Below are positions 1 through 10,316 of a stretch of DNA of 64,000 nt, piece after piece. This DNA is from an uncultured Gemmatimonadaceae bacterium. GTDB lineage: Bacteria; Gemmatimonadota; Gemmatimonadetes; Gemmatimonadales; Gemmatimonadaceae. The stretch covers positions 435,774 to 499,773 of the forward strand of contig CAVZKH010000007.1 of the NCBI GenBank assembly GCA_963775915.1, in the 5' to 3' direction. Numbering within the stretch: position 1 is the first letter of the stretch; every line of letters begins with the position of its first letter. The notes under the pieces were generated by a model. It worked only from the letters and a program-made list of their open reading frames with translations, ran no database searches and was not told the DNA's origin. A program made the translations under genes and the position numbers.

Positions 1-191
1 GTGTCCGGATCGGCTGCGCGCTCGGGAGGGAGGAGCTTGATGGCCACCGGGCGGTCGAGGTGGACCTCGCGCGCCAGATAGACGATTCCCATGCCGCCGC
101 GACCGATCTCGCGGTCGATGGAATAGCGGCCGGCCAGCGCGATTTGGAAGGGGACGAACAGCGGATCGGCGGGAGAACCGGGTTGATTCAT
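1..191 (-). CDS. Ser/Thr protein kinase, N-terminal ~63 codons only (gene continues past the left edge)
   Basis: Reverse-strand ATG at 191..189. Translation [57 protein letters not shown] has the Hanks glycine loop and VAIK lysine. It is a close paralogue of the N-terminus of the next gene. Confidence 0.8.
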   Translation of the reverse strand, partial: MNQPGSPADPLFVPFQIALAGRYSIDREIGRGGMGIVYLAREVHLDRPVAIKLLPPERAADPD

Positions 192-224
192 AGGTTAGAA
201 TGGCGCGGCGGCCGGGCTCATTCG

Positions 225-2159
225 CTAGGCCGGCGTGCTGGCGATCTCGCGTGGAAATTGCAGGTGGCGTTCGATCTCTTCGCGCGCGGCGAGCAGGCGC
301 TCGACTTCCGCGGAGACGTCGGCGGCGATGTTGAGGTGCGTGGTCAGGCCCTCGACCGTCGCCGAACCGGCGTGGAGGCGGAGCAGGTTGAGGCGTACCG
401 TTTCGAGCGCCGTCACGGCCTCGGTGAGCTTGGCGTGGATGGAGTCGCGGGTTTCGCGCACCTCGGCGTATGCGTCGGAGGTGCCGCCGTCGGGGGCCTC
501 GGTCAGCGCCTGCTGCAGATCGTTGTATTGGGCGCGGAGCCGCTGGGCGTCTTCCTGCAAGCGGTGCAGGATCACGGGCAGTTCGCGCAGCGACTCGCGC
601 GTTTCCTTGGGCAGTGTCTCGAACAGGTTCTCGGCGGCCATGCCGAGCGCGAGTTCGGTGGCGCGGTGAGTCATGACGGTGGCTACGCGCTTGCCGCGGA
701 GCAGGCGCTTGGCCATGCGGAACGCCCACTTGCCGATGCGCCCGCCCCAGACCCACTCCCAGAACTCGGAGTCGATGTCGCGGCGGCGTTGCCACTGCAC
801 GAGCCAGGTGACGATGCTCACGCCGGTCACGATCCCAAGTCCAACCGTGACCCAACTCACCACGTTCCAGACGTTCGTCGCCGTCAGGTATGCGTGTGTC
901 GCGTACAACCACTCCGTCATCTCGTATGACAACGCGACCAGTGTTCCCATGGCGCCGGCCGATACGATCGAAGCCGCGGCGGCGAATCGCTCCAGTTTGG
1001 TTTGCCCACGCCAAATCTCCACCGTGCGGTCCTCTCGGCCTTGCTCCACTTCTGCGCGCAACGCCGGGAGCACGTCGTCATGCGTAAAGCCAATTTGCAT
1101 GGTCTCGCGCGCCACGTGTACTAAATAAAGTGCGGGGGCGACGACGAACCCAGCGCCAAAGATGGCCAGCACGGGAAGCGCAGACTGGGTGTAGCTCCCG
1201 GCGCCCGCCGCGGCCATTACTGTGAGCACCGGCCCCAGGGCGGTGCCAGCGCCGTCCAACCGCGCGTGTTTCTTGGCGAACATCCTGATCGCTACCGGCA
1301 ACTCCTTCCGCTGCTCGATCGCCACCGCCATCTGCTCCGCCAATGCCTCGGCGCTCGCCGGACGCTTGTCCGGCTCCTTGGCCAGACACCGATCCACCAG
1401 CACCGCCAACTTCCGCGATACGGGAATTCCCATCGACAGCACGCCCGGCGCCGGCTCGGTCACCTGCTTGGCCAGCACTTCTGTCGGTGTGGCGCCCTCA
1501 AATGGCAGGCGCCCCGTGAGCGCGAAGAAGGCCGTCGCTCCCAGCGCATACAGATCGCTGCGGCCGTCGACTTCCTTGCCGAGCGCCTGCTCCGGGCTCA
1601 TGAATTCCGGTGTGCCCGACACGCCGTCGCCGGTCGCGTCGCTCGTCACCGCCGCGATCCCGAAGTCGGTGACCATCACCCGCCCGCTGCCGGCCTCGAG
1701 CATGATGTTGTCGGGCTTCACGTCGCGATGCACCAGCCCCTGCGAATGGGCGTGGGCCAGCGCCCAGGCCACGTCGCGGAGAATCCGCGTTCCTTCGGCG
1801 TTGGGCAGCGGCCCCCGCGTGCGCACCCGGTTGGCCAGCGTCTCGCCCTCGACATAAGCCATCACATAGAACACGAACCCGCCGGCGTCATCCACCGCGT
1901 GGATCGGGATGATGTTGGGGTGCGATAGCTTGGCCGCCATCCGCGCCTCGCGCAGGAACCGCTCCCGCAGGACAGGGTCGACGGCTCGTTCCGGCGGCAG
2001 CAACTTGATGGCCACCGGGCGGTCGAGGTGAACCTCGTGGGCCAGGTACACCACCCCCATGCCGCCTCGGCCGAGCTCGTGGTCCAGCGAGTAGCGGCCG
2101 GCGAGGGCGAGTTGGAACTCGAAGAACAGCGGATCGCTGGGCGACGCGGGAAGATTCAT
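225..2159 (-). CDS. Hanks-type Ser/Thr protein kinase with multi-pass membrane region and helical C-terminus
   Basis: 644-aa ORF. Motifs GRGGMGVVY, VAIK, HRDVKPDN, DFG and GTPEFMSPE lie in the first ~280 aa. Several hydrophobic helices follow (about residues 310-480), then a coiled-coil-like tail. Confidence 0.9.
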   Translation of the reverse strand: MNLPASPSDPLFFEFQLALAGRYSLDHELGRGGMGVVYLAHEVHLDRPVAIKLLPPERAVDPVLRERFLREARMAAKLSHPNIIPIHAVDDAGGFVFYVMAYVEGETLANRVRTRGPLPNAEGTRILRDVAWALAHAHSQGLVHRDVKPDNIMLEAGSGRVMVTDFGIAAVTSDATGDGVSGTPEFMSPEQALGKEVDGRSDLYALGATAFFALTGRLPFEGATPTEVLAKQVTEPAPGVLSMGIPVSRKLAVLVDRCLAKEPDKRPASAEALAEQMAVAIEQRKELPVAIRMFAKKHARLDGAGTALGPVLTVMAAAGAGSYTQSALPVLAIFGAGFVVAPALYLVHVARETMQIGFTHDDVLPALRAEVEQGREDRTVEIWRGQTKLERFAAAASIVSAGAMGTLVALSYEMTEWLYATHAYLTATNVWNVVSWVTVGLGIVTGVSIVTWLVQWQRRRDIDSEFWEWVWGGRIGKWAFRMAKRLLRGKRVATVMTHRATELALGMAAENLFETLPKETRESLRELPVILHRLQEDAQRLRAQYNDLQQALTEAPDGGTSDAYAEVRETRDSIHAKLTEAVTALETVRLNLLRLHAGSATVEGLTTHLNIAADVSAEVERLLAAREEIERHLQFPREIASTPA

Positions 2160-2217
2160 GCGCTAGTATACCACCCCCCGGGCCTCCCGGGGCTGCGGTG
2201 CCGGCCGCACGGCCGTG

Positions 2218-2247
2218 TTGACACCGGCCACCCCGATTCGCTAAACT
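2218..2247 (+). promoter_or_regulatory. Putative sigma-70-type promoter of rpsU operon
   Basis: TTGACA (2218..2223), 18-nt spacer, TAAACT (2242..2247), about 58 nt upstream of the rpsU start. Sequence match only. Confidence 0.4.
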
Positions 2248-2304
2248 AAAGGGCTACGCACACTTATCCGGCGCCGCAAACGCCACGAAGGGGGGAGAGA
2301 ACTT

Positions 2305-2493
2305 TTGTCGGAAGTCATCATCCATGACGACGAGAACTTCGAGCGGGCGCTCAAGCGCTTCAAGAAGAAGTGCGAGAAGGCCGGGATCCTGTCCGATCTC
2401 CGCAAGCATCGTCACTACGAGAAGCCGAGCGAGCGCCGCAAGCGCAAGATGAACGCGGCCATTCGCAAGAACCGCCGCACGCGGTCGTCGTAA
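2305..2493 (+). CDS. rpsU: 30S ribosomal protein S21
   Basis: 62 aa; [37 protein letters not shown] is typical of S21. TTG start preceded by GGGGGAGAG. Confidence 0.9.
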   Translation: MSEVIIHDDENFERALKRFKKKCEKAGILSDLRKHRHYEKPSERRKRKMNAAIRKNRRTRSS

Positions 2494-2937
2494 ATGTCCG
2501 ACCTGCTGGCGCGGTTGCAGGCTGACCTCAACGCGTCGCGCAAGGCGCTGGACAAACCGGCGACGCTCCTGCTCGGCACGATCATCGCCGACGTCAAGAA
2601 CCGCTCCATCGAACTGCGCCGCGACCTCACCGACGACGACGTCGTCGAGGTCCTCCGCCGCGGCATCAAGCGGCGCCGCGAATCGATCGAGATGTACGTG
2701 GCCGGCAAGCGGCAGGAACTCGCGGACAAGGAGCAGGCCGAGGTGGCGCTGCTCGAGCAGTACCTCCCGCCATCGGTCGATCCCGAAGAGATCCGCTCGG
2801 CCGTGCGCGCAGCGGTGGCCGCCGGCGCCGCGACCATCGGTGCTGTGATGGGCAAGGTGATGCCCCAGTTCAAGGGCCGGGTCGAGGGCGGGACGATCAA
2901 CGCGATTGCGCGTGAGGAACTCGCCCCGAAGGAGTGA
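2494..2937 (+). CDS. GatB/YqeY domain-containing protein
   Basis: 147 aa. ATG immediately follows the rpsU TAA. The sequence LQADLNASRKA...IKRRRESIEMY...EQAEVALLEQYLP matches the YqeY-like family, and rpsU-yqeY is a common synteny. Confidence 0.85.
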   Translation: MSDLLARLQADLNASRKALDKPATLLLGTIIADVKNRSIELRRDLTDDDVVEVLRRGIKRRRESIEMYVAGKRQELADKEQAEVALLEQYLPPSVDPEEIRSAVRAAVAAGAATIGAVMGKVMPQFKGRVEGGTINAIAREELAPKE

Positions 2938-3023
2938 CGGTGCACAGCCACGAACACCACGCAACCCGAATGGGCGATTCTCCCCGCCCGTTCGGGTTTT
3001 GTGTCCCCGCGCGGTAGCGCGCT

Positions 3024-5420
3024 GTGAACGCGCACGCGCTCGGCGTCCTCGAATTCCCGCGAGTGCTCCACCTCGTGGCCGAACGCGCCCACTCCGCGCT
3101 CGGCGCGGCGCGCGTGCGCGCCCTCGTGCCGCGCACGGACCGCGGCTGGATCGACGCCGAGCACGCCCGCGTGGCCGCCGTGCGCGCCCTCCGCGAAGGC
3201 GACCACCCCTGGCATCCGGAGCCGGTGCCCGACGTCACCGCCGCGCTCGCCCGCCTGCGCGTGGCCGGCAGCCGGTGGACGGGCGAGGAACTGCGCGCCG
3301 GCGGCCAGCTGCTGCGCTCGTCGCGGCTCACCCGCGAGGCGCTGCGCGACGAGAAGCGGCCGGCCATGGCCCGGGCGGTGCTCGCGCCCCTCACCGACCG
3401 CCTCGTCACCCAGCGGCCGCTGGAGGACGCCATCGACCGCACCTTCGACGATGAAGGCGCCGTGCGCGACGACGCCTCGCCGGAACTCAAGCGGCTGCGG
3501 CGCGAGCTGCGCAAATCCGAGGGCGAACTGGTCCGCATCCTCGAACGCGTCATGGCGGAGTTGCCGGCCCACCTCCGGCCCGTCGACCTCTCGATCACCA
3601 TCCGCAACGGCCGCTACGTGATTCCGGTGCGCCGCGAGGGGCGCGGCGCCGTGGGCGGGATCGTCCACGACGCGTCGGCCACCGGGGGCACGCTGTTCGT
3701 CGAGCCGCCGGCCGCCATCGAGTTCGGCAACCGGATGCGCGAGCTGGAAGCGGCCGAGCACGAGGAGATCGAGCGCATCCTGGCCGAACTCACCGAGCGC
3801 CTGCGGCCCTTCCACGAGCCGATGCTCGAGTCGCTCGACGCGCTGGCCGAGCTCGACGGACTCTACGCCCGCGCCCGGTTCGCCGACGACTTCGAGTGCG
3901 CCGGCACCACGCTGGCCGCGCCGCGCGACGGATTCGCCATCGTTCGCGGCCGGCATCCTCTGCTCGTCGCGCAGGGCATTCCCGTGGTGCCCTTCGATCT
4001 GTCCATGGAGCCCGACGAACGCACGCTGCTCGTCTCGGGCCCGAACACGGGCGGCAAGACGGTGCTCCTCAAGGCGCTGGGGCTCATCTCGGCGCTGGTC
4101 CAGGCGGGGGTGCCGGCGCCGGCGGCGCCGACCTCCCGCATCGTGGTGGTGGACGACTTCTTCGCCGACGTCGGCGACGAGCAGTCCATCGAGGCCAGCC
4201 TCTCCACGTTCAGCGCCCACCTCAAGAACCTGGCCGAGATCGTGCGCGAGTCCACCGCCGACTCGCTGGTGCTGATCGACGAACTGGGCTCGGGCACCGA
4301 TCCCCAGGAGGGCGCGGCGCTGGGCTGGGCGATTCTCGAGTCGCTCACGCAGCGCGGCACGACCACGATCGCCACCACGCACCTCGGGACGCTCAAGGAG
4401 CTCGCCAGCCAGGAGCCGGGCGTCGTCAACGCGTCGCTGCAGTTCGACGCCGTGGCGCTGGCGCCGACCTACCGCCTGGTGAAGGGCGTGCCCGGCCGCT
4501 CGTACGGCATCAGCATCGCCCGGCGGCTGGCCATGCCCGAGGCGATCGTGCGTCGCGCCGAAGAGCGCATCCCGCAGAACGAACGCGACACGCGCGACCT
4601 ACTGGAGCGGCTGGAGACGAAGGAGAAGGAACTCGCCTCGCGCGAAGCGGAAATGGAGACGGTGATCGAAGACGGACGCCAGCGGCTGGCCAGGGTCGCC
4701 GAGCGCGAGCACGCCGTGCGCGAACGGGAGCGCGAAGTGGAGCGCGCGGCGCGGCAGGAGGCGCGGCGCTATCTCCTCGACGCCCGGAACGACATCGAGC
4801 GCACGCTCAAGCAGCTGAAGGCCGCCGGCGCCGATGCCATCGACGAGGCGGGGCGGGAAGCGCGCCAGCGGGCCGAGCGGCTGGCCGCCGAGCAGGCCGG
4901 CGCGCTGGAGTCGCTCGAGGCCGACGAGCGCCGGGAACGGAGGCGCACGGACGAGACGCCGGCGCCGGCGCCGGGACCGGTGGCCCCCGGGCGACGGGTT
5001 GCCGTGGCCACGCTGGGAGGCAAGACGGGCCGGGTGATCGATCTCCGGGGCGGCGACGCCATCGTGGCCGTGGGTTCGCTCAAACTCACGGTGCCGATCG
5101 GCGCGCTGACGCCGCTGGCCGAGCCGGCCCGCGAGGAGATCGCGGTGGCGGCCTACGGCGACCTCCCCGAAGCGCACGCGCCAAGCGAGATTGATCTGCG
5201 TGGCCTGCGAGTTGACGAAGCGGAGGGCCTGGTGATGCAGGCGATCGACTCGGCGGTGCGCGCCGACCTGCGCGTGCTGCGCATCATCCATGGCAAGGGC
5301 ACCGGCGCCCTTCGCGAACGCGTGTCCGAGATGCTCAAGAAGGACGCGCGCGTGAAACAGTTCCGCCTCGGCGCCTGGAACGAGGGCGGCGCCGGCGTCA
5401 CCGTGGCCGACCTGGCATGA
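3024..5420 (+). CDS. mutS2: Endonuclease MutS2 (MutS ATPase plus C-terminal Smr domain)
   Basis: 798 aa. Walker A GPNTGGKT, DELGSGTDP, long coiled-coil, and an Smr tail IDLRGLRVDEA...IIHGKGTGALR. Confidence 0.93.
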   Translation: MNAHALGVLEFPRVLHLVAERAHSALGAARVRALVPRTDRGWIDAEHARVAAVRALREGDHPWHPEPVPDVTAALARLRVAGSRWTGEELRAGGQLLRSSRLTREALRDEKRPAMARAVLAPLTDRLVTQRPLEDAIDRTFDDEGAVRDDASPELKRLRRELRKSEGELVRILERVMAELPAHLRPVDLSITIRNGRYVIPVRREGRGAVGGIVHDASATGGTLFVEPPAAIEFGNRMRELEAAEHEEIERILAELTERLRPFHEPMLESLDALAELDGLYARARFADDFECAGTTLAAPRDGFAIVRGRHPLLVAQGIPVVPFDLSMEPDERTLLVSGPNTGGKTVLLKALGLISALVQAGVPAPAAPTSRIVVVDDFFADVGDEQSIEASLSTFSAHLKNLAEIVRESTADSLVLIDELGSGTDPQEGAALGWAILESLTQRGTTTIATTHLGTLKELASQEPGVVNASLQFDAVALAPTYRLVKGVPGRSYGISIARRLAMPEAIVRRAEERIPQNERDTRDLLERLETKEKELASREAEMETVIEDGRQRLARVAEREHAVREREREVERAARQEARRYLLDARNDIERTLKQLKAAGADAIDEAGREARQRAERLAAEQAGALESLEADERRERRRTDETPAPAPGPVAPGRRVAVATLGGKTGRVIDLRGGDAIVAVGSLKLTVPIGALTPLAEPAREEIAVAAYGDLPEAHAPSEIDLRGLRVDEAEGLVMQAIDSAVRADLRVLRIIHGKGTGALRERVSEMLKKDARVKQFRLGAWNEGGAGVTVADLA

Positions 5421-7237
5421 TTCCCGACGACGTGGTGGAACGCGTGGCCGACGCGGCCGACATCGTGCAGATCATCGGCGAGCACGTGAAGCTCAAGCGC
5501 GTGGGGCGCACCTGGCGCGGCCCCTGTCCCTTCCACCAGGGCACGCACCCGAACTTCTCGGTCACGCCCGGCGCCGGCTACCGCTGTTGGTCGTGCGGCG
5601 AGAAGGGGAGCGTGTTCACCTTCGTGCAGAAGCGGCTCGGGCTCGATTTCGCAGACGCCGTGAAGTACGTGGGCGAGAAGGCGGGGGTCGAAGTGCGCGA
5701 GGTGTCGCGCAAGCGCGAGGGCCCGGATCCCCGCGAGCCGTTCTGGGAAGTGAACGCGGCGGCGGCGGACTACTTCCAGCGCATGCTCTGGGAGGGGGAC
5801 GTGGGCGCGGCGGCCCGCGAGTACTTGGCGCAGCGCGACGTCACGCGCGAGTCGGCCGAGCGATTCGCCATCGGGTTCGCCCCGCGGGAGATCGGTCTCA
5901 TGCGCGCGCATCTGCAGACGCTCGGCTTCGACGACGACCGGCAACTGCAGGCCGGCCTGCTGGCGAAGCACGAGGACACCGACGAGCCGCGGCCGCGCTT
6001 CCGCAACCGGCTGATCTTTCCCATCTACGACGTGCAGGGGCGCGTGATCGCGTTCGGCGGGCGGCTGCTCGGCCCCGGCGAGCCCAAGTACCTCAATTCG
6101 GGGGAGTCGCCGACCTTCGTGAAGGGGCGCACGCTGTACGGGATGTCGTGGGCCAAGAACGCCATCCGGCGCAGCGACCGCGTGATCCTCGTCGAGGGCT
6201 ACTTCGATTGCGTGCGCCTGATGATGGCCGGCGTGGACGAGGTCGTGGCGCCCCTGGGCACGGCGCTCACCGAACCGCAGGCCGAGATGCTGCGGCGCTA
6301 CACGAAGAACGTGTACCTGCTGTACGACAGCGATCCGGCCGGGCTCAAGGCGACCTTCCGGGCCGGCGACGAGCTGCTGCGGCTCGGCATGTCGGTGCAG
6401 GTCGTGACCCTGCCCGAGGGCGAGGACCCCGACACGTTCGTACGGGCCAAGGGCAAGGACCGGCTCGAACAGGAGATCGCGCGCGCCATGGACGTGTTCG
6501 AGCGGAAGATCCAGCTGCTCGAGCGCCACGGGTCGTTCGGCGACCTCAGGGGCAAGCGGCAGGCCATCGACAAGCTGCTGCCGACCCTGCGCGCAGTGGC
6601 CGACCCGTTGATGCGCGATCTGTACGTGGCCCGCACCGCGGAAGTGGCCGGGGTGGGCCGCGAGCTGCTTGAGCGGGAGATTGGACACGGACCGGAGCCG
6701 GTGCGGGCCCGGGCCCCGGAGCCGCCGCCCTCGGAGTACTTCGAACCCCCGCCCGAGGAACCCCGTCCGGCCCGCCGCCGTGACCCGCGCCGGGACCCCG
6801 GGGTTAGGACTGAGTGGGAGCTGGTGCGTGTGATGTTGCATCGCCCCGCTTATGTTGAATTCATCGCGGAACGCGTAGGACCGCAGGAGTTCCACGATCC
6901 GACGCTGCGGGCGATCTACGCGAGGCTGGCGGCAGCGGCCGCCGACCGCACGGTGGAAGCGCTGGCGGCGGGGCTCGACGAGGATGCGACCGAGGCCCTG
7001 CAACTGCTGCTGGCCGAGGACGGCGGGCTCGACACGGCGGAACGGACGGTGCAGGACTGCCTCGCCGCCCTGCAGTTGGAGCGGTTGCGGCTGGCCATGC
7101 TGGAGATCGATCGCCAACTCCCGCTGGCGACCGGCACGGAGCAGGACACGTTGATGTTGCGCAAGAAACAGCTGTCGGACGAGTGGCGCTCGCTGGGCGG
7201 GCGCGGCTGGAAGTCGTTCAATCGTTCACGCCCATGA
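5417..7237 (+). CDS. dnaG: DNA primase
   Basis: 606 aa. Zinc-binding CPFHQGTHPNFSV...CWSCGEKG and TOPRIM ILVEGYFD...LYDSDPAG. ATGA overlap with mutS2. Confidence 0.93.
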   Translation: MIPDDVVERVADAADIVQIIGEHVKLKRVGRTWRGPCPFHQGTHPNFSVTPGAGYRCWSCGEKGSVFTFVQKRLGLDFADAVKYVGEKAGVEVREVSRKREGPDPREPFWEVNAAAADYFQRMLWEGDVGAAAREYLAQRDVTRESAERFAIGFAPREIGLMRAHLQTLGFDDDRQLQAGLLAKHEDTDEPRPRFRNRLIFPIYDVQGRVIAFGGRLLGPGEPKYLNSGESPTFVKGRTLYGMSWAKNAIRRSDRVILVEGYFDCVRLMMAGVDEVVAPLGTALTEPQAEMLRRYTKNVYLLYDSDPAGLKATFRAGDELLRLGMSVQVVTLPEGEDPDTFVRAKGKDRLEQEIARAMDVFERKIQLLERHGSFGDLRGKRQAIDKLLPTLRAVADPLMRDLYVARTAEVAGVGRELLEREIGHGPEPVRARAPEPPPSEYFEPPPEEPRPARRRDPRRDPGVRTEWELVRVMLHRPAYVEFIAERVGPQEFHDPTLRAIYARLAAAAADRTVEALAAGLDEDATEALQLLLAEDGGLDTAERTVQDCLAALQLERLRLAMLEIDRQLPLATGTEQDTLMLRKKQLSDEWRSLGGRGWKSFNRSRP

Positions 7238-7253
7238 CCCGGGAGATAGGCTC

Positions 7254-7958
7254 GTGCACCAGGACGTTGTGATCCTGCTGGACGTTCAGCAGGACGATGC
7301 GGTGATATTCGAACTCGAAGACCAGCTCCAGGCGCTGGCGCCGCGAATGGCCGCCCTCGAGGCGGACACCAAGCGGGCGGAGGGAGCCCTCGCCGAGGCC
7401 CGGGCCAGTCTGGACGCCGAGGAGAAACGGCAGCGCGATCTCCAGTTCCGCGTGACCCAGCATCGGGAACTGCTGGTACGGCACGAGGAGGTCCTCAACT
7501 CGGTCACCTCGCCGCGCGAGGCGGCGGCCGCCATGGCGCAGACCGAAACCGCGCGGCGCATGCTCGCCGACGACGAGCGGGAGATGGCCTCGATCCACTC
7601 CCGGCTCGACGACCTCCGCGGCTTCGTCAAGCAGCGCGAAGCGGAAGCGGAAGCCACCCGCGCGGCGCAGGCCGAGGCCCGGGAGACGCTCGCCGCCGAC
7701 CGGCGGGCGATCCAGCAGAAGCTCGACGCCGCCCACGCGGACCGCGCCAGGAAGGCGGGCAAGGTGCCCCGCGGCCTGCTGGCGCGCTACGACCGCATCC
7801 AGCAGCGGCAGCGCTCGGTGGCGCTCTACGCCCTGCGCGGGCAGTCGTGCGGCAACTGCGACACGATGATCCCCATGCAGCGGCGGAACGTCATGGTGGG
7901 CACCGGCGCCCCCGAGGTGTGCGAAGGGTGCGGCGTATTGCTGTACGCCGGCGATTAA
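7254..7958 (+). CDS. Coiled-coil protein with C-terminal C4 zinc ribbon (COG1579/DUF164-like)
   Basis: 234 aa. Long heptad-like region, then CGNCDTMIP...CEGCGVLLY. Confidence 0.75.
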   Translation: MHQDVVILLDVQQDDAVIFELEDQLQALAPRMAALEADTKRAEGALAEARASLDAEEKRQRDLQFRVTQHRELLVRHEEVLNSVTSPREAAAAMAQTETARRMLADDEREMASIHSRLDDLRGFVKQREAEAEATRAAQAEARETLAADRRAIQQKLDAAHADRARKAGKVPRGLLARYDRIQQRQRSVALYALRGQSCGNCDTMIPMQRRNVMVGTGAPEVCEGCGVLLYAGD

Positions 7959-7999
7959 CGATGGTTGTTGGGGCCCCCGCCGCCCCGTAATTTCCGCTC

Positions 8000-9721
8000 G
8001 TGCCCCTTCCCGCTAGCCGGCTGCGCCTGCGCAGCCGCTGGATTTTGCCGACCGAGCCGGACGCCGCGGTGGTGTCGGCGCTCGCCGACGCCCTCCACCT
8101 GCCCGATACGGTTTGCCGCCTCGTCGCCGGCCGCGGCTACGCCGACCCCGACGCCGCGAAGCGCTTCCTGCGGCCGCGCCTCGAGCACCTGCACGATCCC
8201 TCCACTCTCATGGACGTGGACCGCGCCGTGGAACGCCTGGCCCACGCCATTCGCCGGGGCGAACCGATTCTCGTGCACGGCGACTACGACGTGGACGGCA
8301 TGTGTTCCACGACGATCATGGTCAAGACGCTGCGCGCCCTCGGCGGACGCGCCGAGCCGTTCATTCCCCAGCGGCTGCGCGACGGCTACGACCTCGGCGC
8401 GGCCGGCGTCCAGGCGGCGCTGGCCTTGGGCGCCCGCGTGCTCGTCACCTGCGACTGCGGCACGAGCGCCGTCGAGCCAGTGGCCGCGCTGCAGGCGGCG
8501 GGCGTGGACGTAATCATCACCGACCACCACCTGCCGGGCGGCCCGCTGCCCGACGCGTTCGCCGTGATCAACCCCAGGCGGCCCGGGTGCCCGTCGCCGG
8601 ACAAGGATCTCGCCGCGGTGGGCGTGGCCTTCAAGCTGGCGCTGGCGCTCGTGCGCGCCTTCGGCGAGAACGAGCACGCGGTGTTCGAACTGCTCGACCT
8701 CGTCGCGCTGGCCACCGTGGCCGACATCGCGCCACTGCGCGGCGAGAACCGGGTGTTCGTGCGCTACGGGCTGCGGCTCCTGTCGGAGACGAAGAACCCC
8801 GGCTTGCGCGCCCTGATCCGCGCAGCGGGGCTGGAGCACAAGGCGCTCACCGCCGGCCGCGTGGGCTACATCCTGGCGCCGCGTCTCAATGCCGTCGGAC
8901 GGCTGGACCATGCGCTGCGCGGCGTCGAGCTGCTGATGACCGACAGCGACGCGGACGCCAACCGCCTGGCCCGTGACTTCGAGGAGCTCAACGCCCGCCG
9001 CCAGGACATCGACCGTCAAACGCTCGACCAGGCGCGCCGCATGGTCGACGGGCTCGATCTCGACGCCACCTACGGCATCGTGCTCGCCGGCGAGGGCTGG
9101 CACGCCGGCGTGATCGGCATCGTCGCCTCGCGCGTGGTGGAGCAGGTGGGGCGTCCCACGATCCTGATCGCGCTGGACGGCGACGAGGGCAAGGGATCGG
9201 GCCGGTCGATCACGCCGTTCGACCTGCACGCCGGCATCAGCGAGTGCCGCGACCTGCTCATCCGCTTCGGCGGCCACCGGTCGGCGGCCGGCGTCACCAT
9301 CGCCCGCGACCGCGTGGAAGCGTTCGCCGAGCGGTTCAACGCCGTGGCGCGCGCCGCGCTCACGGCTGACGACCTGGTGCCCGAGCTGCGCGTGGATCTC
9401 GAACTGCCGTTCGACGCCGCGACCGAACAGTTGGAGGCGCTGTTGCGTCACATGGAGCCGTGCGGCGCCGGCAACCCGGCGCCGGTGCTGGCCTCACGCG
9501 GCGTCACCCTGGCCGGTCCCCCGCGCGCCATCGGCAAGGACGGGCTCAAGCTGGCGCTGCAGGGGAGCGGGCACACGCTCACCGCCATCGGCTGGGGGAT
9601 GGCCGATCGGAAGGGGGAGCTGGATGTCGGCCGCCACATCGACGTGGCCTTCCGGCTCGAACGGGACGAGTGGAACGGCGCGTCCCGCCTGCAGGCCCGG
9701 CTAGCCGACTTCCAGACCTGA
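8000..9721 (+). CDS. recJ: Single-stranded-DNA-specific exonuclease RecJ
   Basis: 573 aa. DHH motifs VHGDYDVDG, CDCG, ITDHH and the DHHA1 motif GGHRSAAG. Confidence 0.93.
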   Translation: MPLPASRLRLRSRWILPTEPDAAVVSALADALHLPDTVCRLVAGRGYADPDAAKRFLRPRLEHLHDPSTLMDVDRAVERLAHAIRRGEPILVHGDYDVDGMCSTTIMVKTLRALGGRAEPFIPQRLRDGYDLGAAGVQAALALGARVLVTCDCGTSAVEPVAALQAAGVDVIITDHHLPGGPLPDAFAVINPRRPGCPSPDKDLAAVGVAFKLALALVRAFGENEHAVFELLDLVALATVADIAPLRGENRVFVRYGLRLLSETKNPGLRALIRAAGLEHKALTAGRVGYILAPRLNAVGRLDHALRGVELLMTDSDADANRLARDFEELNARRQDIDRQTLDQARRMVDGLDLDATYGIVLAGEGWHAGVIGIVASRVVEQVGRPTILIALDGDEGKGSGRSITPFDLHAGISECRDLLIRFGGHRSAAGVTIARDRVEAFAERFNAVARAALTADDLVPELRVDLELPFDAATEQLEALLRHMEPCGAGNPAPVLASRGVTLAGPPRAIGKDGLKLALQGSGHTLTAIGWGMADRKGELDVGRHIDVAFRLERDEWNGASRLQARLADFQT

Positions 9722-9722
9722 C

Positions 9723-10241
9723 GTGCGCATCGTTGCCGGGAAATGGCGCGGCCGCCGGATCGCGGCGCCGGACGACGACCGGGTGCGGCCCACCGCCGAC
9801 CGGGTGCGCGAGGCGTGGGCGAGCATCGTCTCGCCGTGGCTGCCGGAGGCCCGCGTGCTGGATCTGTTCGCCGGGTCGGGGGCGCTCGGATTTGAAGCGC
9901 TGTCGCGCGGCGCCGCCGAAGCCCACTTCGTGGAGCTCTCGCCGGCCGCGCTGCGCTGCATCGGGGAGAACGCGGAGACGCTCGGCGCCGGCGCCGCCGC
10001 CGTCATCCACCGGGGGGACGCCCTGCGGTTCGCCGCCGGCCTCGACGCGCACGCGTACGACATCGCCTTTGCCGACCCCCCGTACGGCCAGGAGCTGGCC
10101 ACCGGGCTGGCCGAGCTCTGGCTGGCCACGCCGTTCGCGGACCTGCTGGGGATCGAGCACCGCAAGAACGAGGTCCTGCCGGGCGACGGGGCCCGGCGGG
10201 TGTATGGCGACACGGCGATCACGATCTTCCGCGCCGATTGA
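9723..10241 (+). CDS. rsmD: 16S rRNA (guanine966-N2)-methyltransferase
   Basis: 172 aa. RIVAGKWRGRRI..P....RPT.DRVREA, LDLFAGSGALGFEALSRGA, DPPY. Confidence 0.88.
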   Translation: MRIVAGKWRGRRIAAPDDDRVRPTADRVREAWASIVSPWLPEARVLDLFAGSGALGFEALSRGAAEAHFVELSPAALRCIGENAETLGAGAAAVIHRGDALRFAAGLDAHAYDIAFADPPYGQELATGLAELWLATPFADLLGIEHRKNEVLPGDGARRVYGDTAITIFRAD

Positions 10242-10316
10242 CGGTGGGCGCCGACGAGGCGCCGTGCTATCATTCGGCGGGGCGCACGCCCGGATGACTC
10301 TCATGCCCAGGGTGCC

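Noticed and set aside
60-929. 289-aa forward ORF at the left edge
   Set aside because: It is antisense to the two kinase genes, which have unmistakable Hanks motifs. Its own product has no motif and an off-frame composition.
2415-4382. 655-aa reverse ORF antisense to the yqeY-like gene and mutS2. Similar long antisense or off-frame ORFs occur at 5153..7117, 7955..9451, 9579..10757, 12591..14633, 21249..23630, 27632..29431, 29500..31308, 31780..33237, 33751..35187, 39953..41425, 42579..44405 and 51105..52880.
   Set aside because: Their translations are low-complexity Arg/Ala/Gly/Pro/His-rich strings with no recognisable motifs, and each overlaps a strongly supported gene on the other strand or in another frame. 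Long spurious ORFs are expected at this G+C content.
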